Source: Nemertoderma westbladi (taxonomy: Eukaryota > Animalia > Xenacoelomorpha). Taken from it: DNA of 64,000 nt. The notes under the pieces are model-generated. The model made no database searches. It worked only from the letters and a program-made list of their open reading frames with translations, and was not told the origin of the DNA. The DNA lies in contig JAUCBJ010007720.1 in assembly GCA_032718475.1 (NCBI GenBank), positions 62,001 through 126,000 on the forward strand, read 5' to 3'. A program made the translations under genes and the position numbers. Shown one piece after another: positions 30,601 through 42,449 of the stretch. Each line of letters starts with the position of its first letter. Position 1 is the first letter of the stretch.

Positions 30601-33600
30601 TCAATCCAGAGTAGGCCTACCTGTAAGTACAACATGTATCTATCCAGAGTAGGCCTACCTGTACGTACAACATGTATCAATCCAGAGTAGGCCTATCTGT
30701 AAGTACAACACATATCAATCCAGAGTAGACCTATCTGTAAGTACAACATGTATCAATCCAGAGTAGGCCTACCTGTAAGTACAACATGTATCTATCCAGA
30801 GTAGGCCTACCTGTACGTACAACATGTATCAATCCAGAGTAGGCCTATCTGTAAGTACAACACATATCAATCCAGAGTAGACCTATCTGTAAGTACAACA
30901 TGTATCAATCCAGAGTATATCTACCTGTAACTACAACATGTATCAATCCAGAGTAGGTCTATCTGTACGTACAACACATATCAATCCAGAGTAGGTCTAT
31001 CTGTAAGTACAACATGTATCAATCCAGAGTAGGCCTATCTGTAAGTACAACATGTATCAATCCAGAGTAGGCCTACCTGTAAGTACAACACATATCAATC
31101 CAGAGTAGACCTATCTGTAAGTACAACATGTATCAATCCAGAGTAGGCCTACCTGTAAGTACAACATGTATCTATCCAGAGTAGGCCTACCTGTACGTAC
31201 AACATGTATCAATCCAGAGTAGGCCTATCTGTAAGTACAACACATATCAATCCAGAGTAGACCTATCTGTAAGTACAACATGTATCAATCCAGAGTAGGC
31301 CTACCTGTAAGTACAACATGTATCTATCCAGAGTAGGCCTACCTGTACGTACAACATGTATCAATCCAGAGTAGGCCTATCTGTAAGTACAACACATATC
31401 AATCCAGAGTAGACCTATCTGTAAGTACAACATGTATCAATCCAGAGTATATCTACCTGTAACTACAACATGTATCAATCCAGAGTAGGCCTATCTGTAA
31501 GTACTACATGTATCAATCCAGAGTAGGCCTACCTGTAAGTACAACATGTATCAATCCAGAGTAGACCTACCTGTAAGTACAACATGTATCAATCCAGAGT
31601 AGGCCTATCTGTAAGTACTACATGTATCAATCCAGAGTAGGCCTATCTGTAAGTACTACATGTATCAATCCAGAGTAGGCCTATCTGTAAGTACAACATG
31701 TATCAATCCAGAGTAGGCCTATCTGTAAGTACTACATGTATCAATCCAGAGTAGGCCTACCTGTAAGTACAACATGTATCAATCCAGAGTATATCTACCT
31801 GTAACTACAACATGTATCAATCCAGAGTAGGCCTACCTGTAAGTACAACATGTATCTATCCAGAGTAGGCCTACCTGTACGTACAACATGTATCAATCCA
31901 GAGTAGGCCTATCTGTAAGTACAACACATATCAATCCAGAGTAGACCTATCTGTAAGTACAACATGTATCAATCCAGAGTAGGCCTACCTGTAAGTACAA
32001 CATGTATCTATCCAGAGTAGGCCTACCTGTACGTACAACATGTATCAATCCAGAGTAGGCCTATCTGTAAGTACAACACATATCAATCCAGAGTAGGCCT
32101 ATCTGTAAGTACAACACATATCAATCCAGAGTAGACCTATCTGTAAGTACAACATGTATCAATCCAGAGTAGGCCTACCTGTAAGTACAACATGTATCAA
32201 TCCAGAGTAGGCCTATCTGTAAGTACAACATGTATCAATCCAGAGTATATCTACCTGTAACTACAACATGTATCAATCCAGAGTAGGCCTACCTGTAAGT
32301 ACAACATGTATCTATCCAGAGTAGGCCTACCTGTACGTACAACATGTATCAATCCAGAGTAGGCCTATCTGTAAGTACAACACATATCAATCCAGAGTAG
32401 ACCTATCTGTAAGTACAACATGTATCAATCCAGAGTAGGCCTACCTGTAAGTACAACATGTATCTATCCAGAGTAGGCCTACCTGTACGTACAACATGTA
32501 TCAATCCAGAGTAGGCCTATCTGTAAGTACAACACATATCAATCCAGAGTAGGCCTATCTGTAAGTACAACACATATCAATCCAGAGTAGACCTATCTGT
32601 AAGTACAACATGTATCTATCCAGAGTAGGCCTATCTGTAAGTACAACACATATCAATCCAGAGTAGACCTACCTGTAAGTACAACATGTATCTATCCAGA
32701 GTAGGCCTACCTGTACGTACAACATGTATCAATCCAGAGTAGGCCTATCTGTAAGTACAACACATATCAATCCAGAGTAGGCCTATCTGTAAGTACAACA
32801 CATATCAATCCAGAGTAGGCCTACCTGTACGTACAACATGTATCAATCCAGAGTAGGCCTATCTGTAAGTACAACACATATCAATCCAGAGTAGGCCTAT
32901 CTGTAAGTACAACACATATCAATCCAGAGTAGGCCTACCTGTACGTACAACATGTATCTATCCAGAGTAGGCCTACCTGTACGTACAACATGTATCAATC
33001 CAGAGTAGGCCTATCTGTAAGTACAACACATATCAATCCAGAGTAGGCCTATCTGTAAGTACAACACATATCAATCCAGAGTAGACCTATCTGTAAGTAC
33101 AACATGTATCAATCCAGAGTAGGCCTACCTGTAAGTACAACATGTATCTATCCAGAGTAGGCCTACCTGTACGTACAACATGTATCAATCCAGAGTAGGC
33201 CTACCTGTACGTACAACATGTATCAATCCAGAGTAGGCCTATCTGTAAGTACAACATGTATCAATCCAGAGTAGGTCTATCTGTAAGTACAACATGTATC
33301 AATCCAGAGTAGGCCTACCTGTAAGTACAACATGTATCAATCCAGAGTAGGCCTATCTGTAAGTACAACACATATCAATCCAGAGTAGGCCTATCTGTAA
33401 GTATAACATGTATCAATCCAGAGTAGGTCTATCTGTAAGTACAACATGTATCAATCCAAAGTAGGCCTACCTGTAAGTACAACATGTATCAATCCAGAGT
33501 AGACCAACCTGTAAGTACAACATGTATCAATCCAGAGTAGACCTACCTGTAAGTACAACATGTATCAATCCAGAGTAGGCCTACCTGTAAGTACAACATG

Positions 33601-36600
33601 TATCAATCCAGAGTAGACCTATCTGTAAGTACAACATGTATCAATCCAGAGTAGGTCTATCTGTAAGTACAACATGTATCAATCCAAAGTAGGCCTACCT
33701 GTAAGTACAACATGTATCAATCCAGAGTAGACCAACCTGTAAGTACAACATGTATCAATCCAGAGTAGACCTATCTGTAAGTACAACATGTATCAATCCA
33801 GAGTAGGTCTATCTGTAAGTACAACATGTATCAATCCAAAGTAGGCCTACCTGTAAGTACAACATGTATCAATCCAGAGTAGACCAACCTGTAAGTACAA
33901 AATGTATCAATACAGAGTAGACCTATCTGTAAGTACAACACATATCAATACAGAGTAGGCCTATCTGTAAGTACAACACATATCAATACAGAGTAGGCCA
34001 ATCTGTAAGTACAACATGTATCAATCCAGAGTATATCTACCTGTAACTACAACATGTATCAATCCAGAGTAGGCCTACCTGTAAGTACAACATGTATCAA
34101 TCCAGAGTAGGCCTATCTGTAAGTACAACATGTATCAATCCAGAGTAGGCCTACCTGTAAGTACAGCATGTATCAATACAGAGTAGACCTACCTGTAAGT
34201 ACAACATGTATCAATCCAGAGTATATCTACCTGTAACTACAACATGTATCAATCCAGAGTAGGCCTACCTGTAAGTACAACATGTATCAATCCAGAGTAG
34301 GCCTATCTGTAAGTACAACACATATCAATACAGAGTAGGCCAATCTGTAAGTACAACATGTATCAATCCAGAGTATATCTACCTGTAACTACAACATGTA
34401 TCAATCCAGAGTAGGCCTACCTGTAAGTACAACATGTATCAATCCAGAGTAGGCCTATCTGTAAGTACAACATGTATCAATCCAGAGTAGGCCTACCTGT
34501 AAGTACAGCATGTATCAATACAGAGTAGACCTACCTGTAAGTACAACATGTATCAATCCAGAGTATATCTACCTGTAACTACAACATGTATCAATCCAGA
34601 GTAGGCCTACCTGTAAGTACAACATGTATCAATCCAGAGTAGGCCTATCTGTAAGTACAACATGTATCAATCCAGAGTATATCTACCTGTAACTACAACA
34701 TGTATCAATCCAGAGTAGGCCTATCTGTAAGTACAACATGTATCAATCCAAAGTAGGCCTACCTGTAAGTACAACATGTATCAATCTAGAGTAGGCCTAT
34801 CTGTAAGTACAACATGTATCAATACAGAGTAGACCTATCTGTAAGTACAACATGTATCAATCCAGAGTAGACCTATCTGTAAGTACAACATGTATCAATC
34901 TAGAGTAGGCCTATCTGTAAGTACAACATGTATCAATCTAGAGTAGGCCTATCTGTAAGTACAACATGTATCAATCCAGAGTATATCTACCTGTAAGTAC
35001 AACATGTATCAATCCAGAGTAGACCTATCTGTAAGTACAACATGTATCAATCCAAAGTAGGCCTACCTGTAAGTACAACATGTATCAATCTAGAGTAGGC
35101 CTATCTGTAAGTACAACATGTATCAATCCAGAGTATATCTACCTGTAAGTACAACATGTATCAATCCAGAGTAGACCTATCTGTAAGTACAACATGTATC
35201 AATCCAGAGTATATCTACCTGTAAGTACAACATGTATCAATCCAGAGTAGACCTATCTGTAAGTACAACATGTATCAATCCAGAGTAGACCTATCTGTAA
35301 GTACAACATGTATCAATCCAGAGTAGGCCTATCTGTAAGTACAACATGTATCAATCCAGAGTAGGCCTATCTGTAAGTACAACATGTATCAATCCAGAGT
35401 AGGCCTACCTGTACGTACAACATGTATCAATACAGAGTAGGCCTATCTGTAAGTACAACATGTATCAATACAGAGTAGACCTATCTGTAAGTACAACATG
35501 TATCAATCCAGAGTAGGCCTATCTGTAAGTACAACATGTATCAATCCAGAGTATATCTACCTGTAAGTACAACATGTATCAATCCAGAGTAGACCTATCT
35601 GTAAGTACAACATGTATCAATCCAGAGTAGACCTATCTGTAAGTACAACATGTATCAATCCAGAGTAGGCCTATCTGTAAGTACAACATGTATCAATCCA
35701 AAGTAGGCCTACCTGTAAGTACAACATGTATCAATCTAGAGTAGGCCTATCTGTAAGTACAACATGTATCAATCCAGAGTATATCTACCTGTAAGTACAA
35801 CATGTATCAATATAGAGTAGGCCTATCTGTAAGTACAACATGTATCAATCCAGAGTATATCTACCTGTAAGTACAACATGTATCAATATAGAGTAGGCCT
35901 ACCTGTAAGTACAGCATGTATCAATCCAGAGTAGACCTATCTGTAAGTACAACATGTATCAATCCAGAGTAGACCTACCTGTAAGTAATACATGTATCAA
36001 TACAGAGTAGGCCTATCTGTAAGTACAACATGTATCAATCCAGAGTAGGCCTACCTGTAAGTACAGCATGTATCAATCCAGAGTAGGCCTACCTGTAAGT
36101 ACAACATGTATCAATACAGAGTAGACCTATCTGTAAGTACAACATGTATCAATCCAGAGTAGACCTATCTGTAAGTACAACATGTATCAATCCAGAGTAG
36201 GCCTATCTGTAAGTACAACATGTATCAATACAGAGTATACCTACCTGTAAGTACAACATGTATCAATACAGAGTATATCTACCTGTAAGTACAACATGTA
36301 TCAATCCAGAGTATATCTACCTGTAAGTACAACATGTATCAATCCAGAGTATATCTACCTGTAAGTACAACATGTATCAATCCAGAGTATATCTACCTGT
36401 AAGTACAACATGTATCAATCCAGAGTAGGCCTACCTGTAAGTACAACATGTATCAATCCAGAGTATATCTACCTGTAAGTACAACATGTATCAATCCAGA
36501 GTATATCTACCTGTAAGTACAACATTTATCAATCCAGAGTAGGCCTACCTGTAAGTACAACATGTATCAATCCAGAGTAGACCTACCTGTAAGTACAACA

Positions 36601-38275
36601 TGTATCAATCCAGAGTAGGCCTATCTGTAAGTACAACATGTATCAATCCAGAGTATATCTACCTGTAAGTACAACATGTATCAATCCAGAGTAGACCTAT
36701 CTGTAAGTACAACATGTATCAATCCAGAGTAGGCCTATCTGTAAGTACAACATGTATCAATCCAGAGTATATCTACCTGTAAGTACAACATGTATCAATC
36801 CAGAGTAGACCTATCTGTAAGTACAACATGTATCAATCCAGAGTAGACCTATCTGTAAGTACAACATGTATCAATCCAGAGTAGGCCTATCTGTAAGTAC
36901 AACATGTATCAATCCAAAGTAGGCCTACCTGTAAGTACAACATGTATCAATCTAGAGTAGGCCTATCTGTAAGTACAACATGTATCAATCCAGAGTATAT
37001 CTACCTGTAAGTACAACATGTATCAATATAGAGTAGGCCTACCTGTAAGTACAACATGTATCAATACAGAGTAGGCCTACCTGTAAGTACAGCATGTATC
37101 AATCCAGAGTAGACCTATCTGTAAGTACAACATGTATCAATCCAGAGTAGACCTACCTGTAAGTAATACATGTATCAATACAGAGTAGGCCTATCTGTAA
37201 GTACAACATGTATCAATCCAGAGTAGGCCTACCTGTAAGTACAGCATGTATCAATCCAGAGTAGGCCTATCTGTAAGTACAACATGTATCAATCCAGAGT
37301 AGACCTACCTGTAAGTAATACATGTATCAATACAGAGTAGGCCTATCTGTAAGTACAACATGTATCAATCCAGAGTAGGCCTACCTGTAAGTACAGCATG
37401 TATCAATCCAGAGTAGGCCTACCTGTAAGTACAGCATGTATCAATCCAGAGTAGGCCTATCTGTAAGTACAGCATGTATCAATCCAGAGTAGGCCTACCT
37501 GTAAGTACAGCATGTATCAATCCAGAGTAGACCTATCTGTAAGTACAACATGTATCAATCCACAGTAGGCCTACCTGTAAGTACAACATGTATCAATCCA
37601 CAGTAGGCCTACCTGTAAGTACAGCATGTATCAATCCAGAGTAGACCTACCTGTAAGTAATACATGTATCAATACAGAGTAGGCCTATCTGTAAGTACAA
37701 CATGTATCAATCCAGAGTAGGCCTACCTGTAAGTACAGCATGTATCAATCCAGAGTAGGCCTACCTGTAAGTACAGCATGTAGCAATCCAGAGTAGGTCT
37801 ATCTGTAAGTAAAGCATGTATCAATCCAGAGTAGGCCTATCTGTAAGTACAACATGTATCAATCCAGAGTAGACCTACCTGTAAGTAATACATGTATCAA
37901 TACAGAGTAGGCCTATCTGTAAGTACAACATGTATCAATCCAGAGTAGGCCTATCTGTAAGTACAACATGTATCAATCCACAGTAGGCCTACCTGTAAGT
38001 ACAGCATGTATCAATCCAGAGTAGACCTACCTGTAAGTAATACATGTATCAATCCAGAGTAGACTTATCTGTAAGTACAACATGTATCAATACAGAGTAG
38101 GCCTACCTGTAAGTACAACATGTATCAATACAGAGTAGACCTACCTGTAAGTACAGCATGTATCAATCCAGAGTAGACCTATCTGTAAGTACAACATGTA
38201 TCAATCCAGAGTAGACCTACCTGTACGTACAACATGTATCAATCCAGAGTAGGCCTACTTGTAAATACAACATGT
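611..38275. repeat. Tandem satellite array, 38-bp monomer (consensus AACATGTATCAATCCAGAGTAGGCCTATCTGTAAGTAC), about 990 copies
   Basis: Head-to-tail 38-bp period is visible throughout. Recurrent variants are GGCC/GACC/GGTC/TATC, ATCT/ACCT, TAAG/TACG/TAAC and CATGT/CACAT, with occasional 44-bp monomers containing CTACCTGTATCTG (e.g. ~24500, 24620, 25120, 26000, 27750, 28140). There are no spacers, and the ORF track is empty until the last monomer. Confidence 0.99.
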
Positions 38276-39683
38276 GTTGCCGTTATTCCCGACACCATGG
38301 GGAAAACGCCGATGCTGGAGGCGGAATTTTCAGACCACAGGATTCCGGCCAGTCACCGGATATTGGGAGTGGAGAAGGAGTCCTATCTGAGATGCAAGAT
38401 TGCAGTAGAGAAAAAGTTGCATTGGTTGGAAATAATCTTTAATGTAACTAAACTCTGAATGAATCCTGATTGAGAATAATTTGGGCTTCCCCACACCAAT
38501 ATACCAAATATTCACAATAATACACGAACATATAAATTCCTACAGTACATTAATTAATTATCCACTGTTCGCTTTAGATTTTAACCTAACTAATGTTCCC
38601 CATTTTCCCTCGGTCCTAGTCCCGGTACCGTAGTGTCGGCGTCGGTCGACCCTGTTGCGTGTCCGTCCCACCCCTCCCGAACCCCGAAGGGATCGGTCAT
38701 CAGGAAAGCAGTACGGCTTGGCTAAGGGTCAGTCAAGTCGGTAGACCCGGTTGCGTGTCCGTCCCACCCTTCCCGAACCCTGAAGGGATCGGTCATCAGG
38801 AAAGCGGTACGGCTTGGCTAGGGGTCTGTCGGTTCATCGCAGGGTCCCAATTACCTAAGCTTTCCGAATCCTTTTCAGGCTCGTAGTCGCTTCGGTAGCC
38901 GAGAAGCTGCTCCGAATAGTCGGTAGGCCAGTAGAGTCTGGTCTTTTGTCTTTCGCCCTGTTGCGTGTCCGTCCCACCCTTCCCGAACCTTGAAGGGATC
39001 GGTCATCAGGAAAGCGGTACGGCTTGGCTCGGGGTCTGTCAGCCCATTGTGAGTCCCAACTGTCGGTAGCTTTCTGAGTCCCTTTCAGGCTCGTAGTAAC
39101 GCCGGTCGTGGAACCCACTCCAGGAAGGCAGTCCTCGTCAAACCCTTCCTCCGTCTAGTCGGTCGATCCGTCGCAAGTCCCCGGTGCAGTCAGCAAGCTT
39201 TCCGAGTCCCTTTCAGGCTCGTAATAACTGCCGGTGACCAGGGACCGCTAAGGATCTGTCTGTCAGTTCCCGTTGCAAATCCCTGACGCAATCAGCAGAC
39301 TTTCCGAGTCCCTTTTAGGCTCGTAATAACTGCTGTTGGCCAGGAACCGTTAAGGGCAGTCCTTGTCCCTAGGCCTAGTTCCAAAACTACCTCTCCTGGT
39401 TACTAAAACTACCTCTACAGGCAGTAGGAAGTTGGCTAGGCCTAATAGTATCAGGTAAACCTGAGTACTGCTTGATTTTGCCTCCCACCCTTGGCCCTTA
39501 AATATCTGATATGAGTCCCGTGCCCCGTAAGTCGCCCCAATATTCGCCCGTGAATCGCCCCCAGTCCTTTGAATATACCCAAATTCCATGTTCCCGCACC
39601 CAGTACTGATATTGGAATATTTATTAAAAATAAATCCGAAAAATATTCAACTCGCGTTATGAAAAGTTGAAATACCACGAACA
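38275..39683 (-). repeat. Putative 3' LTR of element 1 (~1.4 kb) with internal ~100-bp duplications
   Basis: On the minus strand it begins TGTTCG right after the G7 tract and ends ...GGCAACA at the satellite junction (TGTT...AACA termini). A TATA-like TATTTAA lies near 39500. No second copy is present in the window, so the left boundary is inferred. Confidence 0.65.
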
Positions 39684-39694
39684 GTCCCCCCCAA
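39684..39694 (-). promoter_or_regulatory. Polypurine tract of element 1
   Basis: The minus strand reads TTGGGGGGGAC directly before TGTT, the same arrangement as the element 2 PPT. Confidence 0.7.
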
Positions 39695-39852
39695 TGACCT
39701 TCGTGAGGTCCATCGGTAGATCGAGTTTGCGTAGGTCATTTCCCATATAAAAAACCCAAATTTTAATATTGCATAGTCCTGATTAAGAGTTAGTTTACGT
39801 AGATATAAAAAATAACTGTTTGATATAAATGTCCATAGAATATCCTGGTCTT

Positions 39853-40518
39853 CTATTTCTTACTCTGATACGCTTTCATTCTCTTCGCCCGTCTACTCTC
39901 ATCAATCGCCAGTGCAGGTAGGGGAGCATCATCGTCCATCGCGAGCATCGCTGCAGCTTGTCTCCTGGCGGCCCTTCCTTTAGATGGTAGCGGGATCATG
40001 TCCATCCATCTCTCCAACTCGGTGATGCGGGCCTCTAGAAACCATTCTCCATCACCAAATGCTTCTTTGTATGAGTATAAGCGTCTGAGGATCTCGAAGG
40101 GAGCAAATAATCCAGCGCTCAATAGTAAATCCACATAATGGAAAGGTAGTGTCGCTGCCGTATGGAGGCGTTCTGGGAATGAGAAGTATCCGCACGCCAT
40201 CTCTTGCGCGACATTTCGAGCGCTTCTACGCACTTTGGTCTTTACGTGGTTATTAGCATATGTTTCAAACATTACCATATTTCCCATAGTTGTCGCGTCC
40301 TTAGTAGGACACTTTATGTTACATCGGGGACTCGCGGAATGTCCACGGAAACCGCATTTTGTGCAGAGGTTGTAGAGGGTTGGACAAACCAATACATCGT
40401 GGCCCGATATAGCGCAATAGGGACAGTAAAGGATCTGGAGACACGACTCGGTAACCCGATGTCTCCTTCCGCGTGGGCACTGTTCCGAACCGCAGTTTCC
40501 GCACACCTTCAGTTGCAT
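39853..40518 (-). CDS. Cys/His-rich protein with CCHC zinc knuckles, probably the C-terminal part of the element 1 accessory gene
   Basis: 221-aa ORF with CPYCAISGHDVLVC (CX2CX4HX4C), CTKCGFRGHSASPRC (CX2CX4HX5C) and an upstream CGNC...H...C cluster. It is on the same strand as pol and ends ~160 nt before the PPT. Confidence 0.65.
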   Translation of the reverse strand: MQLKVCGNCGSEQCPRGRRHRVTESCLQILYCPYCAISGHDVLVCPTLYNLCTKCGFRGHSASPRCNIKCPTKDATTMGNMVMFETYANNHVKTKVRRSARNVAQEMACGYFSFPERLHTAATLPFHYVDLLLSAGLFAPFEILRRLYSYKEAFGDGEWFLEARITELERWMDMIPLPSKGRAARRQAAAMLAMDDDAPLPALAIDESRRAKRMKAYQSKK

Positions 40519-41214
40519 CTCCCAGCCTAAGAATATCGGGATCGGTACGCCGGCATAATACTCCAGCCGTTGGTCATTTTGGGGATAATCGCAGCAGCCA
40601 GTAGCCCGTGGAATGCTGGGCTTTTGCGGAGTATGTTCTCGCTACAATATCCTTCCTTATATCCCGCCGGTTGCATCCCGGGCGCCCGTTTCTGGTGGTG
40701 GATCTACTCGGTTTGTTCGGCGTACCACCGGGTGAGTCTCATAGGGTCTTGTGGGACGGAGGGTGCCGTCGCCACAGCCAGTCGGCGAAGGGGTGCCGGG
40801 GCGTTCGCCGGAGGAATTCCGAGGAGGTCTACGGGGGTTGGAGCAACGCTGGGACCCTTCGCAACCTGTATAGCTGAGCGGGTCCGCTAGGGTGCTGGTA
40901 CTCGGGATCTCTGAAGACCAGTCTTCTCCTCCCGGGAACGGATATGGAAACAACCTCTGTCATGTGTCGCTGAAGTCGCTAAGCGCAAAGGTGGTTACTA
41001 GCTCTCTAGCAGGACTGCCGGAGCCAAGCGGGGTGGTTACGCCTGCCTCCGTTGCAGGTTCGGAAGCGGCGATCCGTTTGGCAGGTGGTCTGTAAGCAAC
41101 TTCCGGATCGAGTTGTCGTTTTGGGGCGGATAGCAGGACACCTTCCTGTAGCCATAATTCCTCCCTGTCCGATGATATCAATGGTTCCTCTTCACCGAGG
41201 AGATCAACAATCAT
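40519..41214 (-). pseudogene. Disrupted Pro/Ser/Thr-rich linker of the accessory gene
   Basis: ORFs 40960..41214 and 40657..40953 share a frame and are separated by one TGA. The frame is -1 relative to the 412-aa ORF and is open from ~41270, consistent with a 1-nt deletion. More stops or shifts occur near 40650. Confidence 0.5.
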
Positions 41215-42449
41215 AGGGATGTCGAACGGTCTGTTATCATCCCAGGATGCGATGACGTTGTGAGTTTCCCGTAGTTATCTCCCGGCGGGATATTCTCTAC
41301 CGCTTTCAACGCGTGGTCGATAACTTCGTTCCACTCATAGTCGATGAAGGATCTAGGAACCGAATTAATGAGTTTATCGAGAGTCTTGAAGATGAACTTG
41401 GCAACCGTGTATGATTCCATTGTGACGTGGATAAAGTTCCGTCGATCCGGATTCTCCCATTTTTGGTGGATCGTCCACTTTCTTTCTACATCCTTCCAAC
41501 GGTTCTCTCGCTCATTCTTTATCTCTAATTCCGGGTGTGCACCATATATCTTGTTATAGTCTAGAAATTTCTGTGGTTTAAAGTCTATACCGCCGTTTAG
41601 CACCGCGAGGTAGCCGATACCGGATTTCGTAGGTCTCACTTCCCGGAATCCGTGCATGAATTCTGTGGATCGCAACCAGGCTAACAGGGTTTGGGTGTCG
41701 ACGAAATGACTAACGGCGTTAAGGTCTTCTCGACGGTTTCTTCCGAAGGGAGCATTAGCGTAGTCATTTTGGATATCCGCCTTTATATCCGACCCAATTT
41801 TAATAACATCGAAATCGAATAGGATCTGTTGGATCTCTGGTGGTAATAGCCAGACCGCTCTGGCTGTTCGCACCTCCTGTTTGGGTGTCGGGAATATTCG
41901 ACATATCAACACTAGACCATCTAGGGTTCCGAGGACGACGACTAATGATCGACCGTATTCCTTCATCCCATACTTCTCCTGGTAGTTGTCGCGGTTCTGG
42001 ATGACTGATATACGTTCCTCTCGCAGCGTCGCTGTACATTCCGCTAGATTTCCCCAGTGGGCGAGGTATGTACTCATGTTGTCGACGAAACTTTGGCATC
42101 GCGCCAACGTAATCGCTTTTGAGGTGGGCGTCGCGTTTCCCTCGTTGTTGTATATCAAACATCGGGATTTGAAGACGCTTCGCCAGAACGTATCCCAGAA
42201 CGACAACTCCTCTCCTCCGGTTGCCTTTGCATTCCGAGTCCTTTTCAGGCTCGTACTGACATCGGACAACCGGAGCTCTCGTAGATTACAGGAATCCGGT
42301 TCCTCCCGCCCGGAGAATTTAATGATTCGCACGTTCTCTGTTATCAGGGCGTTCCATTTCGTATTAAAGTGAGGAGATCCAGGCTGTGGATATTCCAGTA
42401 AATCAAGAGTGTTACGTAATTCGCCGAGAATTTGGCGATTTGAGTCCAT
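41211..42449 (-). CDS. Accessory protein with a DEDDy/RNase D (WRN/EXD/Mut-7-like) 3'-5' exonuclease-like fold; catalytic residues appear divergent
   Basis: 412-aa ORF with segments in family order: VVVLGTLDGLVLICRI, LPPEIQQILFDFDVIKIGSDIKADI, FVDTQTL, SGIGYLA, W...HVTMESY. Compare LLQLA..G...LF, LP..L..LL.D..I.KVG..I..D, .VDL..L, SL..L, W....YAA.DAY. Recognised by eye only. Confidence 0.65.
   Translation of the reverse strand: MDSNRQILGELRNTLDLLEYPQPGSPHFNTKWNALITENVRIIKFSGREEPDSCNLRELRLSDVSTSLKRTRNAKATGGEELSFWDTFWRSVFKSRCLIYNNEGNATPTSKAITLARCQSFVDNMSTYLAHWGNLAECTATLREERISVIQNRDNYQEKYGMKEYGRSLVVVLGTLDGLVLICRIFPTPKQEVRTARAVWLLPPEIQQILFDFDVIKIGSDIKADIQNDYANAPFGRNRREDLNAVSHFVDTQTLLAWLRSTEFMHGFREVRPTKSGIGYLAVLNGGIDFKPQKFLDYNKIYGAHPELEIKNERENRWKDVERKWTIHQKWENPDRRNFIHVTMESYTVAKFIFKTLDKLINSVPRSFIDYEWNEVIDHALKAVENIPPGDNYGKLTTSSHPGMITDRSTSL

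Noticed and set aside
611-38275. CRISPR array or coding repeat
   Set aside because: Monomers are contiguous with no unique spacers, no cas genes are present, the context is eukaryotic TEs, and the 38-bp period yields no long ORFs.
38663-39022. Hammerhead ribozyme (CUGAUGA-stem-GAA) or SECIS in the element 1 LTR
   Set aside because: The core reads GAAG or GAGG instead of GAAA, no stem III/NUH site is apparent, and the flanks pair across the motif. The helix is too short and lacks the apical AA of a SECIS. A K-turn fits better.
41256-41275. GGGAAAC slippery site or ATGA stop-start coupling in the accessory gene
   Set aside because: The heptamer is read GGG AAA C, not in the X XXY YYZ phase needed for -1 shifting. 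A simple 1-nt deletion is more parsimonious in an element with many other lesions.
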